Translations under genes and position numbers: made by a program
Shown: piece by piece, positions 38,740 through 49,048 of the stretch
Layout: the number at the start of each line of letters is the position of its first letter
Position numbering within the stretch: the first letter of the stretch is position 1
The notes under the pieces: generated by a model
What the model was told of the DNA's origin: nothing
Databases searched by the model: none
What the model saw: only the letters and a program-made list of their open reading frames with translations
Origin: a virus
Strand: one strand, 5' to 3'
DNA length: 64,000 bases
IMG/VR virus record: IMGVR_UViG_3300035698_017111
Location: 82,773 to 146,772 of that record

Positions 38740-39131
38740 CGTTCTTCAACGTCCTCCGGTTCTCGTGGGATGTGGGTTGGAATTTCATACGAATCGCTTC
38801 GAATTCCATATGTAGCAATAACTCCTTTTCCATTCCATTCTGTAACATCTTGAAAGGAGAAAACCAGTTCAATTGGCTCATACACACCACCAATGCCATA
38901 ATTGAACTCAGCAATACCCACTGGGTCTTCTGGAAAAAACTCAGATGAAACTTTTGCTGGAACGAATACATCGATTAATTGTGCATCTATATTAATCCAA
39001 CCTGAATGATCTGATGGAGAAAACTCCACTTTATTGGCCAATGCATCCCCAATACCATTTATTTCATCAGGATCAAGTGCTGCCATGGGTCTTGTGGGTT
39101 CGTTAGATGTCCTGTACCAATTTTCCATTGC
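38736..39131 (-). CDS. Acidic putative virion protein starting MENWYRTS
   Basis: GGAGG SD; NWYR motif shared with structural-operon proteins; opposite strand to its neighbours. Confidence 0.55.
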   Translation of the reverse strand, partial: AMENWYRTSNEPTRPMAALDPDEINGIGDALANKVEFSPSDHSGWINIDAQLIDVFVPAKVSSEFFPEDPVGIAEFNYGIGGVYEPIELVFSFQDVTEWNGKGVIATYGIRSDSYEIPTHIPREPEDVEER

Positions 39132-39391
39132 ATTGTCCTCCAGATTGGTATAACAATGTATTCCAGACATACCCGATAAAGACCTCGAAAAAAAAGATAC
39201 TCATTCTTCTGGCCAGAGCTTGACAAATAAGAAATACTAATGTATGGTGTAACAGTAATTTGGAAGAACACCACAATAAAAGGAGACATACAGTGTTTGC
39301 ACAATGGATGATTACGTTATTTATTATCACAGTACTCTTGGTACTGTTCTGGAAATTTGCGGCCAAGAGACTCCTCACATGGGGAGGTATT

Positions 39392-39571
39392 ATGTCTAAT
39401 CCTAAAGAGCAAAAGAATGCTTTAGAAAGGAAAATACAGGGTCTCAAAGCCAATCAAGATCGATTGAAGGAAGTTCACAAAGAAGTTGATGTAACTGTAG
39501 AACTTCAAAGTGTACAGAAAGAACTGAAAAAAGAAGAACTCAAATTGGCTAAAATCGATGCAAAGAGCTAA
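39392..39571 (+). CDS. Small coiled-coil protein (MSNPKEQK...)
   Basis: GGAGGT SD inside the tracked ORF 39260-39571, directly upstream of the SPFH gene. Confidence 0.55.
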   Translation: MSNPKEQKNALERKIQGLKANQDRLKEVHKEVDVTVELQSVQKELKKEELKLAKIDAKS

Positions 39572-39604
39572 TTTGTCGCAGTAAAAACAAAAGGAGAAGT
39601 AATT

Positions 39605-40918
39605 ATGAGTAAGAGAGATATCTCGATAGTCGTTATTCTAGCAACACTGATCATTGGTGGAATTATCGTCGTTTTGTGTGGTAGTAACATCGTAGAAACA
39701 GTGTCTGCTGGTACGTACAAGATCAAGCAGGCTGCAGTTTCTGGAACAATGACGGCTCACATGCAGCCCGGTATGTTCAAGCAGATGTTCGGTGACATCA
39801 CCGAATGGCCCAATCAGGAAACCTTCTACTTTACGTCCACGGCGGACGAAGGTGACAACTACGACCAGAGCATGGAAGTTCGTTTTGCCGATGGTTCGAA
39901 ATGTCAGGTTTCTGGTTCTCTCCGTATTATCTTTCCGCAAAGTGAAGACGCTGCCATCGCCTTGGTGAAACAGCACGGTTTTCAAACCCCCAAAGCTGTT
40001 ATGTTCGAAGCCGTTAAGAAACACGTTCGTGCCTCTCTCAGGCTTACCGCTAACCTTATGTCCGCTCGTGAGTCCTACAGTGAGAAACGTCCGAACTACC
40101 TTGAATGGGCAGAGGACATGATCTGTGGTGGTCTGTACAAAACCAGCGAAAGAACAATTGAAATTATCGATCCAATTACCGATAAGAAAATCGAGAAGGT
40201 TATTAAGGAAGTCAAGGAAGATGAAAACGGCAATCCTATCCGTATCGCAGAGAGCCCCTTTACTGCATTGGGTATTGATATCTCGAACTTTGAGATCAAC
40301 GTCTTCAAGTATGATCCAAAGGTTGAAGCTCAGATCCAGCAGCAGCAAGAGGCTTTGATGGCGGTTGCGACCGCTAAGGCAAATGCCCAACGTGCCCAAC
40401 AGGAAGAGAAGACGAAAGAGGCTGAGGGTAAGGCACTGGTCATGACTGCTCAGTACGAAAAAGAGCAGGAGAAGGTGAGGGCGACGGTTGAAGCAGAAAT
40501 GTTGGCTGAAGTTGCCGTTATCGAGGCACAGAAGCTTGTTGATGTTGCCAATAAATCTAAGGAACAGGCAACCATTGAGGGTGAGAAACGTCTCGTCGTT
40601 GCCGATCTCGATAGACAGTCTGCCGAGCAGGTTAAGCTTGAACAGATCGCTCTTGGTGAGGGTGAAGCAGAACGCAAGAAACTCGTCATGGCTGCCGATG
40701 GTGCCCTTGAGAAGAAACTTAATGCATTGGTTACAATTGCTGGACTTAACGCAGATGCCTATGCAAAACGTCAAGTTCCCGCTATTGTTATTGGTGGAGC
40801 TGATGGCACTGATACCGATCAGCAAACCAATGGTTTCCAAACGGCATTGATGGTTAAGATGCTTGGAGATCTTGATCTCGAACTGATCAAGAAAGCTCAA
40901 GCACCTGCAACGAAGTAA
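39605..40918 (+). CDS. SPFH/band 7 (flotillin/prohibitin-like) membrane protein
   Basis: N-terminal TM helix, VRFADG, long AE/AQ-rich coiled coil, EGEAE..K.VMAADGALE.KL. Confidence 0.85.
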   Translation: MSKRDISIVVILATLIIGGIIVVLCGSNIVETVSAGTYKIKQAAVSGTMTAHMQPGMFKQMFGDITEWPNQETFYFTSTADEGDNYDQSMEVRFADGSKCQVSGSLRIIFPQSEDAAIALVKQHGFQTPKAVMFEAVKKHVRASLRLTANLMSARESYSEKRPNYLEWAEDMICGGLYKTSERTIEIIDPITDKKIEKVIKEVKEDENGNPIRIAESPFTALGIDISNFEINVFKYDPKVEAQIQQQQEALMAVATAKANAQRAQQEEKTKEAEGKALVMTAQYEKEQEKVRATVEAEMLAEVAVIEAQKLVDVANKSKEQATIEGEKRLVVADLDRQSAEQVKLEQIALGEGEAERKKLVMAADGALEKKLNALVTIAGLNADAYAKRQVPAIVIGGADGTDTDQQTNGFQTALMVKMLGDLDLELIKKAQAPATK

Positions 40919-40944
40919 TCTTCATCGCAGATCAATTGCTTATA

Positions 40945-40980
40945 GTGGCTGTGTCCTTCGGGACACGGCCACTTTTCTTT
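40945..40980 (+). terminator. Intrinsic terminator
   Basis: GTGGCTGTGTCC-TTCG-GGACACGGCCAC-TTTTCTTT. Confidence 0.9.
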
Positions 40981-41091
40981 ATCGTATCATAGATCGGAGA
41001 CATTGATGGCTGTGAAAAAAGTTTGGGATAGAAGCTTCACAGAGGATTCCGCTTGACAACATCAGAAACATAGAGTTATGATAGACAATAT

Positions 41092-41490
41092 GGGCTCGTA
41101 CTGGTTTCGACGGGAAGCAGAACGGGAAAAGCTGCAAGCCGAGCATGTCAGATCCATCTCGATAAACTGGTCTGTCAACAATAGCTGACGAAGCTATGCC
41201 AATCGCTGCCTAAGAGAACCTTAAGCAGTCGCCCTCTCTAAGTTCCGTCTGTAACGAAGAAAAGGGCGTCATCAAACAGACTCGTTCAGAGGTCTACTCC
41301 TGGGGTATCTGAACTAAAAAGCACAGGACCGCAATAACCGAATGGTAACGACAAAACGTCAGACGGCTGACGGTCGAATGAGTTGTTACAGCCATGGGGA
41401 GCGGTTACTGAAAGTGTAGCAGCCTAAGCTTGTAGACGCTTTTTCTAGACTCTTTTCGGACGGGGGTTTCGATACCCCCCGAGTCCACCA
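41092..41490 (+). ncRNA. ssrA: tmRNA; predicted tag (A)DEAMPIAA
   Basis: 5' GGGCTCG..TGGTTTCGAC and 3' GGGGGTTTCGATACCCCC-CGAGTCC-ACCA with a G3-U pair. Resume context ATAGCT-GAC; tag ORF at 41187-41213; TTGACA..TATGAT promoter upstream. Confidence 0.95.
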
Positions 41491-41557
41491 AAAACAAAGA
41501 GACAAAAATTCTTGGCCACACCTTGACAGAGCGTATCTAACATGATATTATGTTAGA

Positions 41558-41980
41558 ATGATGACAGACGACACTATCTCACAATCACATATATCTAAAA
41601 AACATCTAAGATTCTCTTTGACTTGGAATGATTACCTCAAGATGATCGATCAACTCGTGGAGAAGATTCCTGCAGGAAGATACTCTGCGATTTGTAACGT
41701 GCCTCGTGGTGGAAATATTCCAGCCACAATTATTTCCTATAAGCTCAACATCTCTCTTATTCAAGCTGGGAAACATCTTCCAGATAAAGAAAAGAAATAT
41801 CTGATCGTTGACGACCTTACAGACACGGGTAAGACGTTAGATGAATTTCCTAAATCAGACTGCATAGAAACAGCAGTTGTTTTCTGGAAAGAAGAGTCAA
41901 CTCATAGTCCAAATTTCTTTGTGAGACGAATACCACAAAAGGTTTGGGTCGTCTTTCCGTATGAAAAGTCTGGCCAATAA
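41558..41980 (+). CDS. Type I phosphoribosyltransferase (XPRT/HPRT-like)
   Basis: VPRGG, LIVDDLTDTGKT, WVVFPYE. Confidence 0.9.
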   Translation: MMTDDTISQSHISKKHLRFSLTWNDYLKMIDQLVEKIPAGRYSAICNVPRGGNIPATIISYKLNISLIQAGKHLPDKEKKYLIVDDLTDTGKTLDEFPKSDCIETAVVFWKEESTHSPNFFVRRIPQKVWVVFPYEKSGQ

Positions 41981-42084
41981 TCTTTGGCTGAAGAAGCTAA
42001 AGAATTAGCAGAAGAAATCAAGGGAGAAGCAAAAAAGATTAGTGTTGAGTTTGGAATCAAAACAACCAAGAAGGAGAGTGAATA

Positions 42085-42534
42085 ATGAAATACGTAGCCA
42101 TGTTATTGATCAGCATGCTCTTGGTCGCATGTGCTGGAACTGGAGCCGGTCTTAAGGTCTATGAGGTAATACAACAGGATGGAAACCCAACACCTGTTTT
42201 GATTAAGAGTGGATTTTACAAATCTAGAAACGATGTCTCTCTTACCCTTATGTTTGATCCAAGATCAAATTTTGCAATGGTAGACTTTAGAAGCTTGTCT
42301 TCACCAGTCATAAGAGCTAAAGGTGATGCGTACTCTGATGTATTGGGTGCAAGTGGAAATGCTCTTTCCGTATTCCTCAAGGGATATCTTGCATTCCAAA
42401 GTGGTGGAATGGCGGCACTTGAAGCAGAGGAAGCAAAGCTTATTGATCTGGAAGACAACGATAAAGACACTACACATACTCTAAGATTACAGTCCATGCA
42501 GGGGATGTCTCTACCAGACATCAAGAAAGACTAG
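42085..42534 (+). CDS. Putative lipoprotein
   Basis: Signal peptide with an LVAC lipobox. Confidence 0.65.
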   Translation: MKYVAMLLISMLLVACAGTGAGLKVYEVIQQDGNPTPVLIKSGFYKSRNDVSLTLMFDPRSNFAMVDFRSLSSPVIRAKGDAYSDVLGASGNALSVFLKGYLAFQSGGMAALEAEEAKLIDLEDNDKDTTHTLRLQSMQGMSLPDIKKD

Positions 42535-42537
42535 AAG

Positions 42538-42891
42538 ATGTCGATACTGTCAACAATATTATGGATCGTGGGAATGCTTCTCATAGTAGCATCTCTTGTA
42601 ATAAATGCTCTTGATCTTAAAAAAAGAAACCTACAGCAGCCATTCAACGATCCATATTTTCCAAAAAAGAACATGCCACCCAATGTCAATGGTTGGAGAT
42701 GTCTTTATGTGTCATGTATGTTCTTGTCTTCTCATTCTCTTATGAAAATTTTGATTAACGATAATGTTGTCTTATCCTGGATAATGTTGTGTGCATATAG
42801 TTCTGGATTTGTAGTATTTTTTCTTATTGCTTCGTTTCTAAATAAAGAAAATAAAACCATAGTCAAGAAAGATGAAGGTGAAGAGTCATGA
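42538..42891 (+). CDS. Membrane protein
   Basis: Three hydrophobic segments. Confidence 0.55.
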   Translation: MSILSTILWIVGMLLIVASLVINALDLKKRNLQQPFNDPYFPKKNMPPNVNGWRCLYVSCMFLSSHSLMKILINDNVVLSWIMLCAYSSGFVVFFLIASFLNKENKTIVKKDEGEES

Positions 42892-43127
42892 TAATATTAC
42901 TCACATTAACAGCAATATGTTTCATTTGTACTATATTTTCATTGCTTAACGCACGTCTTGTCAATACACTGATATTCGGATTTCTAACAGTTGCAGGAAT
43001 AGCCACAACATTTCTTTGTGCCATTGGGAAGATTGTATTTATGATCTTCAGCCTAAAAGCATTTGTCGGAATCATCTTGTTGGTAGCTGTTGTTGTAGTT
43101 GTGCGAAAGACAGTATTCAATAGATGA
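42888..43127 (+). CDS. Small membrane protein
   Basis: Highly hydrophobic; ATGA overlap. Confidence 0.55.
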   Translation: MIILLTLTAICFICTIFSLLNARLVNTLIFGFLTVAGIATTFLCAIGKIVFMIFSLKAFVGIILLVAVVVVVRKTVFNR

Positions 43128-43128
43128 T

Positions 43129-43854
43129 TTAGTCTTTTGTTTCTTCGTCTTCATCAGAATCCAATTCTTTCTTTACGTCTTCCAATGGAATGAGATCCGC
43201 ATCGCCATTCTCAACATCTTCTACCATTTTGTCCAGATCATCAAATAATTCTTTTGATTCCTCTGGTCCACCATAGAAACTAATATCAAAATAAATTGCG
43301 TCAAGAACGTCGAGAAAAGAGAAGGTACTCTCACTTTTAATAAGAACAGGAGTCGGTTTTTTATAATCAGGATTATCTTTGCTATGATAGATAATAACTT
43401 CTTTGTTTAGACGAACCTCATGATTTAGAACATCACGGATACTTCCGCTTATAGACCACGGACAATCATCTTTATTGATATTGATTCCGTGAAATCCAGT
43501 ATAGAGGTCAAATGATTTATAATCATCAAGATCCCAAGCTTCCCCACCCCAATATACTTCTAAGTGATCGATGTTTTTAAACTTATCTTCTTCCTTGTCT
43601 ATCTCTTCGTGCCAATCGTCAATATGACACCAACAATATTGGCCGAGGAAAGTAGTAAGCATTTCATCTTCATCTACAGATATCATGATGTCTCGAAGAG
43701 TGACTCCTTCTTCGATCTCACAAGTCTCTCTCAGATAATGAAATGGCAAATCCATTTTTTCTAGAATAAAATCTGCATATTCATCATCATTTCTTTTTAC
43801 AATATAGAAGCCATCTTTTTTGATAACGACACTGTCTGTTACGTAGTTAGCCAT
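43129..43854 (-). CDS. Acidic hypothetical protein
   Basis: 241-aa ORF ending LDAIYFDISFYGGPE, coupled to the upstream gene. Confidence 0.65.
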   Translation of the reverse strand: MANYVTDSVVIKKDGFYIVKRNDDEYADFILEKMDLPFHYLRETCEIEEGVTLRDIMISVDEDEMLTTFLGQYCWCHIDDWHEEIDKEEDKFKNIDHLEVYWGGEAWDLDDYKSFDLYTGFHGININKDDCPWSISGSIRDVLNHEVRLNKEVIIYHSKDNPDYKKPTPVLIKSESTFSFLDVLDAIYFDISFYGGPEESKELFDDLDKMVEDVENGDADLIPLEDVKKELDSDEDEETKD

Positions 43855-44347
43855 TTTTCTCTTCCCTTTTTATAGCTTGAGAAAGTCTAAACCATCCAAG
43901 ATCACGACCATCCTTCTTCACTTCACAAGTAACACATCTGAGGGCATGAAACAACAACAAAATTTCTGCTCTAAGAGTGGCTTTTCCACTATCAAATTCT
44001 TTTGCCTTCTTTTTAACAATTATTCTCTTGTCACGAACCTCAAGAAGTCCCCATTTGGGAGGGAGTTCATCCAATGGAATGACTCCAGGTGGAGCCATGT
44101 AATATCTCTCCATACCAAGACCACGGCCGGGTATCTTTCTGAAGTATTTCTTCCCATCGGCTTGGAAATCGCTATATGATGTTTTACATTCAACAAGAAT
44201 GCTTCGTCGCCCGCCACGTCGCCATCCAATGGCATCTGGTGTTTCACGAGAACCACCATTCCATTCGACCATGACTACGCCACAGTTTTTAGTTTTCTCC
44301 AGCCATTTTTTGGCTCTAAGTATTAAGTCTGAGTGTTTGTACATCAT
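43847..44347 (-). CDS. PD-(D/E)XK nuclease-fold protein (MmcB-like)
   Basis: ETPDAIGW..SILVECKTSYSDFQAD..G.G.ERYY..ELP..WGLL. Confidence 0.75.
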   Translation of the reverse strand: MMYKHSDLILRAKKWLEKTKNCGVVMVEWNGGSRETPDAIGWRRGGRRSILVECKTSYSDFQADGKKYFRKIPGRGLGMERYYMAPPGVIPLDELPPKWGLLEVRDKRIIVKKKAKEFDSGKATLRAEILLLFHALRCVTCEVKKDGRDLGWFRLSQAIKREEKNG

Positions 44348-44466
44348 AACTTATACGAGAAATTGGCTGTGAAAAAATCAAACTTGGACCTTGACTTCGA
44401 CAAGATCCTAGTATAGTATGTATTAATGATGTGAAGACATCAAATACACATAAGGGAAATTTGAAA

Positions 44467-47226
44467 ATGACAGCATTAGTAGCAGAACCAGCAGAACCAA
44501 GTGTATTTTTGGAAGAATATCTCGAAGAACTGAGTATCAGAGACCCAGAAATGTATAAAATGGCGATTACTGACCAGAGTTTGGAACAAGAACATGTCTT
44601 GAAGAAGTTGCAGGAAGGTGGATTGATAATAGGCGAGATATATACCCGTGCAGGACGTATGGAATTTCGGTCTGCTCTTCACACAAGAGAGCTGTATGTG
44701 AATTTCCAAGACTACAGAGACGGAAACCTTGTTGTTGGTTGTACTGTTGTTCTCCGTGGTGGAGAACGAGCTCTTCTCATCGCATCACAGGCAATCCAGG
44801 CAAAGAATTTGGGCGAAATGCTTTATGAGTGGTCAATTATCGGAGAGTCTGGGAGACACGGTAATGCCACACATGGTGGTGGTGGAATGATTACTGCTCT
44901 CAATATGGTGAGAACAGAGAAACACGATGCACATATTGCTTTCGGATGTAAAAACCAAGGTGCATCTCTTAGGAATTTCAACTTAATTACAAGTTTGAGT
45001 GTAGACTCTAAGAATACAAGCAAATTTAACATTGATATCGGTTCTGAGATGTTTCGTGAAGTTATGGAAGTTCTCGAAAAACCAATGTACATAAAGAAGG
45101 GGAAAAAAGTTTCAGCAGCTAATGTCCTGAAACTAAGACAATGTTCTGTTTTCAGAATGCTCAAATTGCCCAATAAAACAGATGATGCACAGTTTGTAAC
45201 TTCTGAGAATTTTGTCAACTCTCTATCTTTTGTTTTAGATCCAAAAGATGGTGACAAAATTCAATTTGCAACATCACCGATAAATTGGGATGATGATAAA
45301 CGTAAACGTAAAACCAATGGGAAACCAAGGGAAATCCCAGTTTTAAAGAGCGTAGAACACCTGAGTCTACCTAATGAAATGATTGGTGGACGCCATCCAG
45401 GCGATGAAATCTTGCGAGATGTATCAGCCGATTTAAACGGTTCAGAACAATTCTTCCGATTTATTGGCAAAGCCAAAACAAAACCAACTGCCAAGAAAAT
45501 CAACAAGAAATCAATCGAAAGATATAAGGTATTCGAATATGATGTTCGAATTGGCTTTAAGCTTCCTGACCGTGGAGTCAATACAAGGCATAATGATTTT
45601 ACGGAATATAAACCATGTAATGTAACTGTACATGGAAATAAATTCCTTTGCAACGAGTTCGACACAAACATTAAGCCAAACGGGAAAGGCACCAATAAGA
45701 GAATCTCTCCATATGGGAATTGTGTTTCGGCCAAACGAAGAATTTATACTGGATTTAATTCTGGAAGAATTTTAGCACCATATAAATCGAAAGAAATCGA
45801 TTTCAAAAATTATAGATTTAAAGACGAACCATCTGGTGAAGTCCTGACCGATGAAGCAACAGACTTCATTATGAGCGTAATCAAGAGACATATGTCTGTG
45901 GATGATGGTTATAGGATTGACCTTCAGCACTTTCCTTATCTTGAAATTGTCTTAACAGACGCATACGAAATGATTGACGGGAAGAAAACATACAATGATT
46001 CCCTATATCCAACTGGGTCTGATTTCCAATTGCTAAAAGATGGTGGAATGGCCAAATCAACAATATTCAACACTATTGCCGAACACATTGTCAATAGTGC
46101 AAGAAATAAAGATTGTATTGACAATATGGCCATGTTCATCACTGAACAATTTAGCAGGAAAACATCTACTGTTTTTCGCAAACTCAACATTACCAATGTT
46201 CCAGGTGTCGATCCGAAATCTAATCACAAAATGTTCGAAGTCTCTTCTAATATCCAAATCAATAGAAGAGATGAGGATGTATTGACTCCCTATAAGATTA
46301 ACAATGATTCCGAGGTCAATGTTGTGGTACTAAACCCACGAACTGGTGATTATGAAGAGGATCTGACCACTGGACATGTCTTACCAGATTCTTGGACACG
46401 GGATTGTACTTTGGAACGAATCCCAATGAAAATGCGAAAAGACATTGACATTCATGAAGATCTTAAGGGACAGAAAGGTATATATATCTTGACAGTCCCA
46501 CCAAGATTCATTGTTTCGAATCATGCAGAAGTGAAAGCAGTAAAAGCGAAACCAATTATCAAGTATACCGTTAGCGATGAAGAATGGCTTGACACTCCAA
46601 AGAAATATCGTGGGCCAAATCAAAAAATACTTGCCTATGATAATGTATCAAAGCAAAATATCACAATAGGTGAGCTGAATCTTCCAACTGCAGACAATAA
46701 ATCTGGTGATGGCAAAGGTAATAAAAAGAAACCAAATGGCTTTGATAAAACTAAACAAGACAGTAGACCTATCCCAGAAAAAAAATACTCCATTAACCAA
46801 ACACATCCCATTTATAAATATTTTCCATTAGATGTTGTGGGTTGTGATGGTAACGAAGAAGTTTTGTTGAACGAAAATTCTGAAGCAAACAAACAGCTTT
46901 ATTCTGCAAAGTTTGATCTGAAGCAAATGTCTCAAAATATCGCAGACCAACTTCTCTATAGTTTGCAATCTCAAATAAAATCTTTTCCATCTTTCAGTAT
47001 TAGTTCAAAATTTACATTTAAGATTTTGGAAGACAATGGTATTGTGAGAGACGTGTTGGATACTCCAAGGGGACAAAAAGTCCTTTTCTTATCGCATTGG
47101 TATTCTCTTCATATCAGAGATACGTTTGAACTTATCTCCCAATATGAAGGATCTGATTTTCTAAAGGAAAACGAAGCAATTCTCAAGGCAATCGAAAAGG
47201 ACTATCAGCACGTGAGGGGTTGCTGA
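44467..47226 (+). CDS. Large protein with a possible divergent GHKL (HATPase/MORC-like) N-terminal domain
   Basis: RELYVNFQDY (ExxxNxxD) and GxxGGGG lid-like motifs; the DxGxG motif is not evident; adjacent to a methylase. Confidence 0.45.
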   Translation: MTALVAEPAEPSVFLEEYLEELSIRDPEMYKMAITDQSLEQEHVLKKLQEGGLIIGEIYTRAGRMEFRSALHTRELYVNFQDYRDGNLVVGCTVVLRGGERALLIASQAIQAKNLGEMLYEWSIIGESGRHGNATHGGGGMITALNMVRTEKHDAHIAFGCKNQGASLRNFNLITSLSVDSKNTSKFNIDIGSEMFREVMEVLEKPMYIKKGKKVSAANVLKLRQCSVFRMLKLPNKTDDAQFVTSENFVNSLSFVLDPKDGDKIQFATSPINWDDDKRKRKTNGKPREIPVLKSVEHLSLPNEMIGGRHPGDEILRDVSADLNGSEQFFRFIGKAKTKPTAKKINKKSIERYKVFEYDVRIGFKLPDRGVNTRHNDFTEYKPCNVTVHGNKFLCNEFDTNIKPNGKGTNKRISPYGNCVSAKRRIYTGFNSGRILAPYKSKEIDFKNYRFKDEPSGEVLTDEATDFIMSVIKRHMSVDDGYRIDLQHFPYLEIVLTDAYEMIDGKKTYNDSLYPTGSDFQLLKDGGMAKSTIFNTIAEHIVNSARNKDCIDNMAMFITEQFSRKTSTVFRKLNITNVPGVDPKSNHKMFEVSSNIQINRRDEDVLTPYKINNDSEVNVVVLNPRTGDYEEDLTTGHVLPDSWTRDCTLERIPMKMRKDIDIHEDLKGQKGIYILTVPPRFIVSNHAEVKAVKAKPIIKYTVSDEEWLDTPKKYRGPNQKILAYDNVSKQNITIGELNLPTADNKSGDGKGNKKKPNGFDKTKQDSRPIPEKKYSINQTHPIYKYFPLDVVGCDGNEEVLLNENSEANKQLYSAKFDLKQMSQNIADQLLYSLQSQIKSFPSFSISSKFTFKILEDNGIVRDVLDTPRGQKVLFLSHWYSLHIRDTFELISQYEGSDFLKENEAILKAIEKDYQHVRGC

Positions 47227-47242
47227 TATCGTATAATGAAAA

Positions 47243-48139
47243 ATGACGAATCGGCAAAACAATATGAATAAAGACCCATTCAAATTCTTCAAAAGAATCG
47301 AAACTGACAAAAGCTGGAGGCCTTTCCATCACAGGAAGGGCCTCCCTCCTTTTCTGCGTTGGCCAGGTGGAAAGAAATGGATAGCAAAGGTCATTGGTCC
47401 GTATTGGTGCAGACATAATGGACTGCGATATGTTGACATGTTTTCTGGTAGCCTCAAACTACCATTGAACCTCAAACCTCAAAGACCATCTAATGTGTTG
47501 GCAAATGACATAAATCCGTATTTGATAAATCTCTATACCAGAATCAAGAAAGGTCTTAAAATAGACATAGAGTTCTTGAACACAGAAGAATACTATCTTT
47601 CAAGAAGAGATGAGTTCAACAATCTCATCACTGGAGATAACCCACTAACGAACAGAACGGCTCTTCTGTTCTACTATCTCAATAGAACATGCTTTAATGG
47701 TATTTGTAGGTTTAACAAAAGTGGTAAATTCAATGTACCTTTTGGTGACAATCCACCAGGATATCTTTCTACATTTGAGACGTATGAAAAGATTTTCAAA
47801 TCGTGGGAATTCACCTGTATGGATTTCAAAGACTTCTTTAAGATTTATGTCGAAGAGGGTGACTTCCTATTCGTAGATCCACCATACTACACTGAAGACT
47901 CTTCTGGATTTACAGATTATTTTTCAGAGTCATTCGAGATGGAACAGCAAATACAATTGGTAGAATTAATAGAACAACATAATGGCCCTGTTATAGCAAC
48001 CAATAACGTAGTGCCACAGATAATAGAACTTTATAAAGATCATGGTTTCCGTATCATGGAACATGACGTTCAAAGAAGAGTAGACCCAAGAGGAAAAATA
48101 AAGTCTGTAAAAGAAGCAATAATGACAAAAAACATTTAA
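47243..48139 (+). CDS. dam: DNA adenine methyltransferase (Dam/D12 family)
   Basis: PFLRWPGGK, DMFSGS, ANDIN, LNRTCFNG..RFN..G.FNVPFG, DPPY. Confidence 0.9.
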   Translation: MTNRQNNMNKDPFKFFKRIETDKSWRPFHHRKGLPPFLRWPGGKKWIAKVIGPYWCRHNGLRYVDMFSGSLKLPLNLKPQRPSNVLANDINPYLINLYTRIKKGLKIDIEFLNTEEYYLSRRDEFNNLITGDNPLTNRTALLFYYLNRTCFNGICRFNKSGKFNVPFGDNPPGYLSTFETYEKIFKSWEFTCMDFKDFFKIYVEEGDFLFVDPPYYTEDSSGFTDYFSESFEMEQQIQLVELIEQHNGPVIATNNVVPQIIELYKDHGFRIMEHDVQRRVDPRGKIKSVKEAIMTKNI

Positions 48140-48159
48140 CATAAATCGTATACCTTTAT

Positions 48160-48597
48160 ATGAGTGAAAGATTTAATAAAGACGACCTTAATCCATTTCT
48201 GGAACTTGATGAGAATGATTCGTCACACCAACGTCCTCCAGGTGAGATAGAGATGTGCGAGACATGTGCTTGGTTTCATACACCAGAAGATGATAGAAAC
48301 CCCAGTGCAGAAGATATCTGTTATGATGGTAGAGAACCAGGTGAGGAGAATCTTGTTACCATTACCAAGGCAGGACAAGAGTTCCAAGTACCTAAGAAAT
48401 ATTGTGGGTATTGGGAATCGAGAAACAATCCAAACATACAACATTACAACTGTAGAACATGTAGGCATAGTCGGATTAGAGCTATACCAATAGACGGTAG
48501 AAGACACGCTGTTCCTTCCGGTATGTGGTGCGAAAGAAGAACAGAAAGTAATTCAAGCGTATCCCCAAATGGTAGATGTCCTAATTTCGAAGAATAA
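48160..48597 (+). CDS. Cys-rich hypothetical protein
   Basis: Two CxxCxxF...C...CxxF/W units. Confidence 0.6.
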   Translation: MSERFNKDDLNPFLELDENDSSHQRPPGEIEMCETCAWFHTPEDDRNPSAEDICYDGREPGEENLVTITKAGQEFQVPKKYCGYWESRNNPNIQHYNCRTCRHSRIRAIPIDGRRHAVPSGMWCERRTESNSSVSPNGRCPNFEE

Positions 48598-48655
48598 AGG
48601 GTTTTTGTCTCAAAATATTGTATTTGATTAAAGATACCCACACGAGGAGATTTAA

Positions 48656-49048
48656 ATGAAAATCATAAAATTTGAGACAACTGAAACTGGTGATATGGCC
48701 AGGTTTTATGTCGGTGCTAAGAACCTAAACGGAGCAATAGATTTCGTTGGAGACAACTATCCAGCAATGCTAGTAAATACAATCGAAATAGAAAATCTCC
48801 AAATAGAACTGTCTAAAACAAAACAATTACTAATAAGCGGTGGTCTTCCTCTCCATCTGTATGCCTGTAACGCTAGAAAGATAGAGAATTGTCATGTGGT
48901 ATCTGATACTCTTAAGGGAATATTGCCAGCAGTAAGACGAATTCTTCCAACACCCGCAAAAGATAATAATACAATGCCTTATAGCGGAAAGGGACATGCT
49001 GTTATAAGAAGACAAGGTTTATTCTTTTTCGCACCAGTTACTGACTAA
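48656..49048 (+). CDS. Hypothetical protein
   Basis: GAGGAG SD; 130-aa ORF. Confidence 0.55.
   Translation: MKIIKFETTETGDMARFYVGAKNLNGAIDFVGDNYPAMLVNTIEIENLQIELSKTKQLLISGGLPLHLYACNARKIENCHVVSDTLKGILPAVRRILPTPAKDNNTMPYSGKGHAVIRRQGLFFFAPVTD

Noticed and set aside
39638-40900. 420-aa antisense ORF (and similar shadows at 4015-4620, 9444-10037 and 11837-12721)
   Set aside because: These mirror well-supported genes with biased codon usage and show no motifs or SD.
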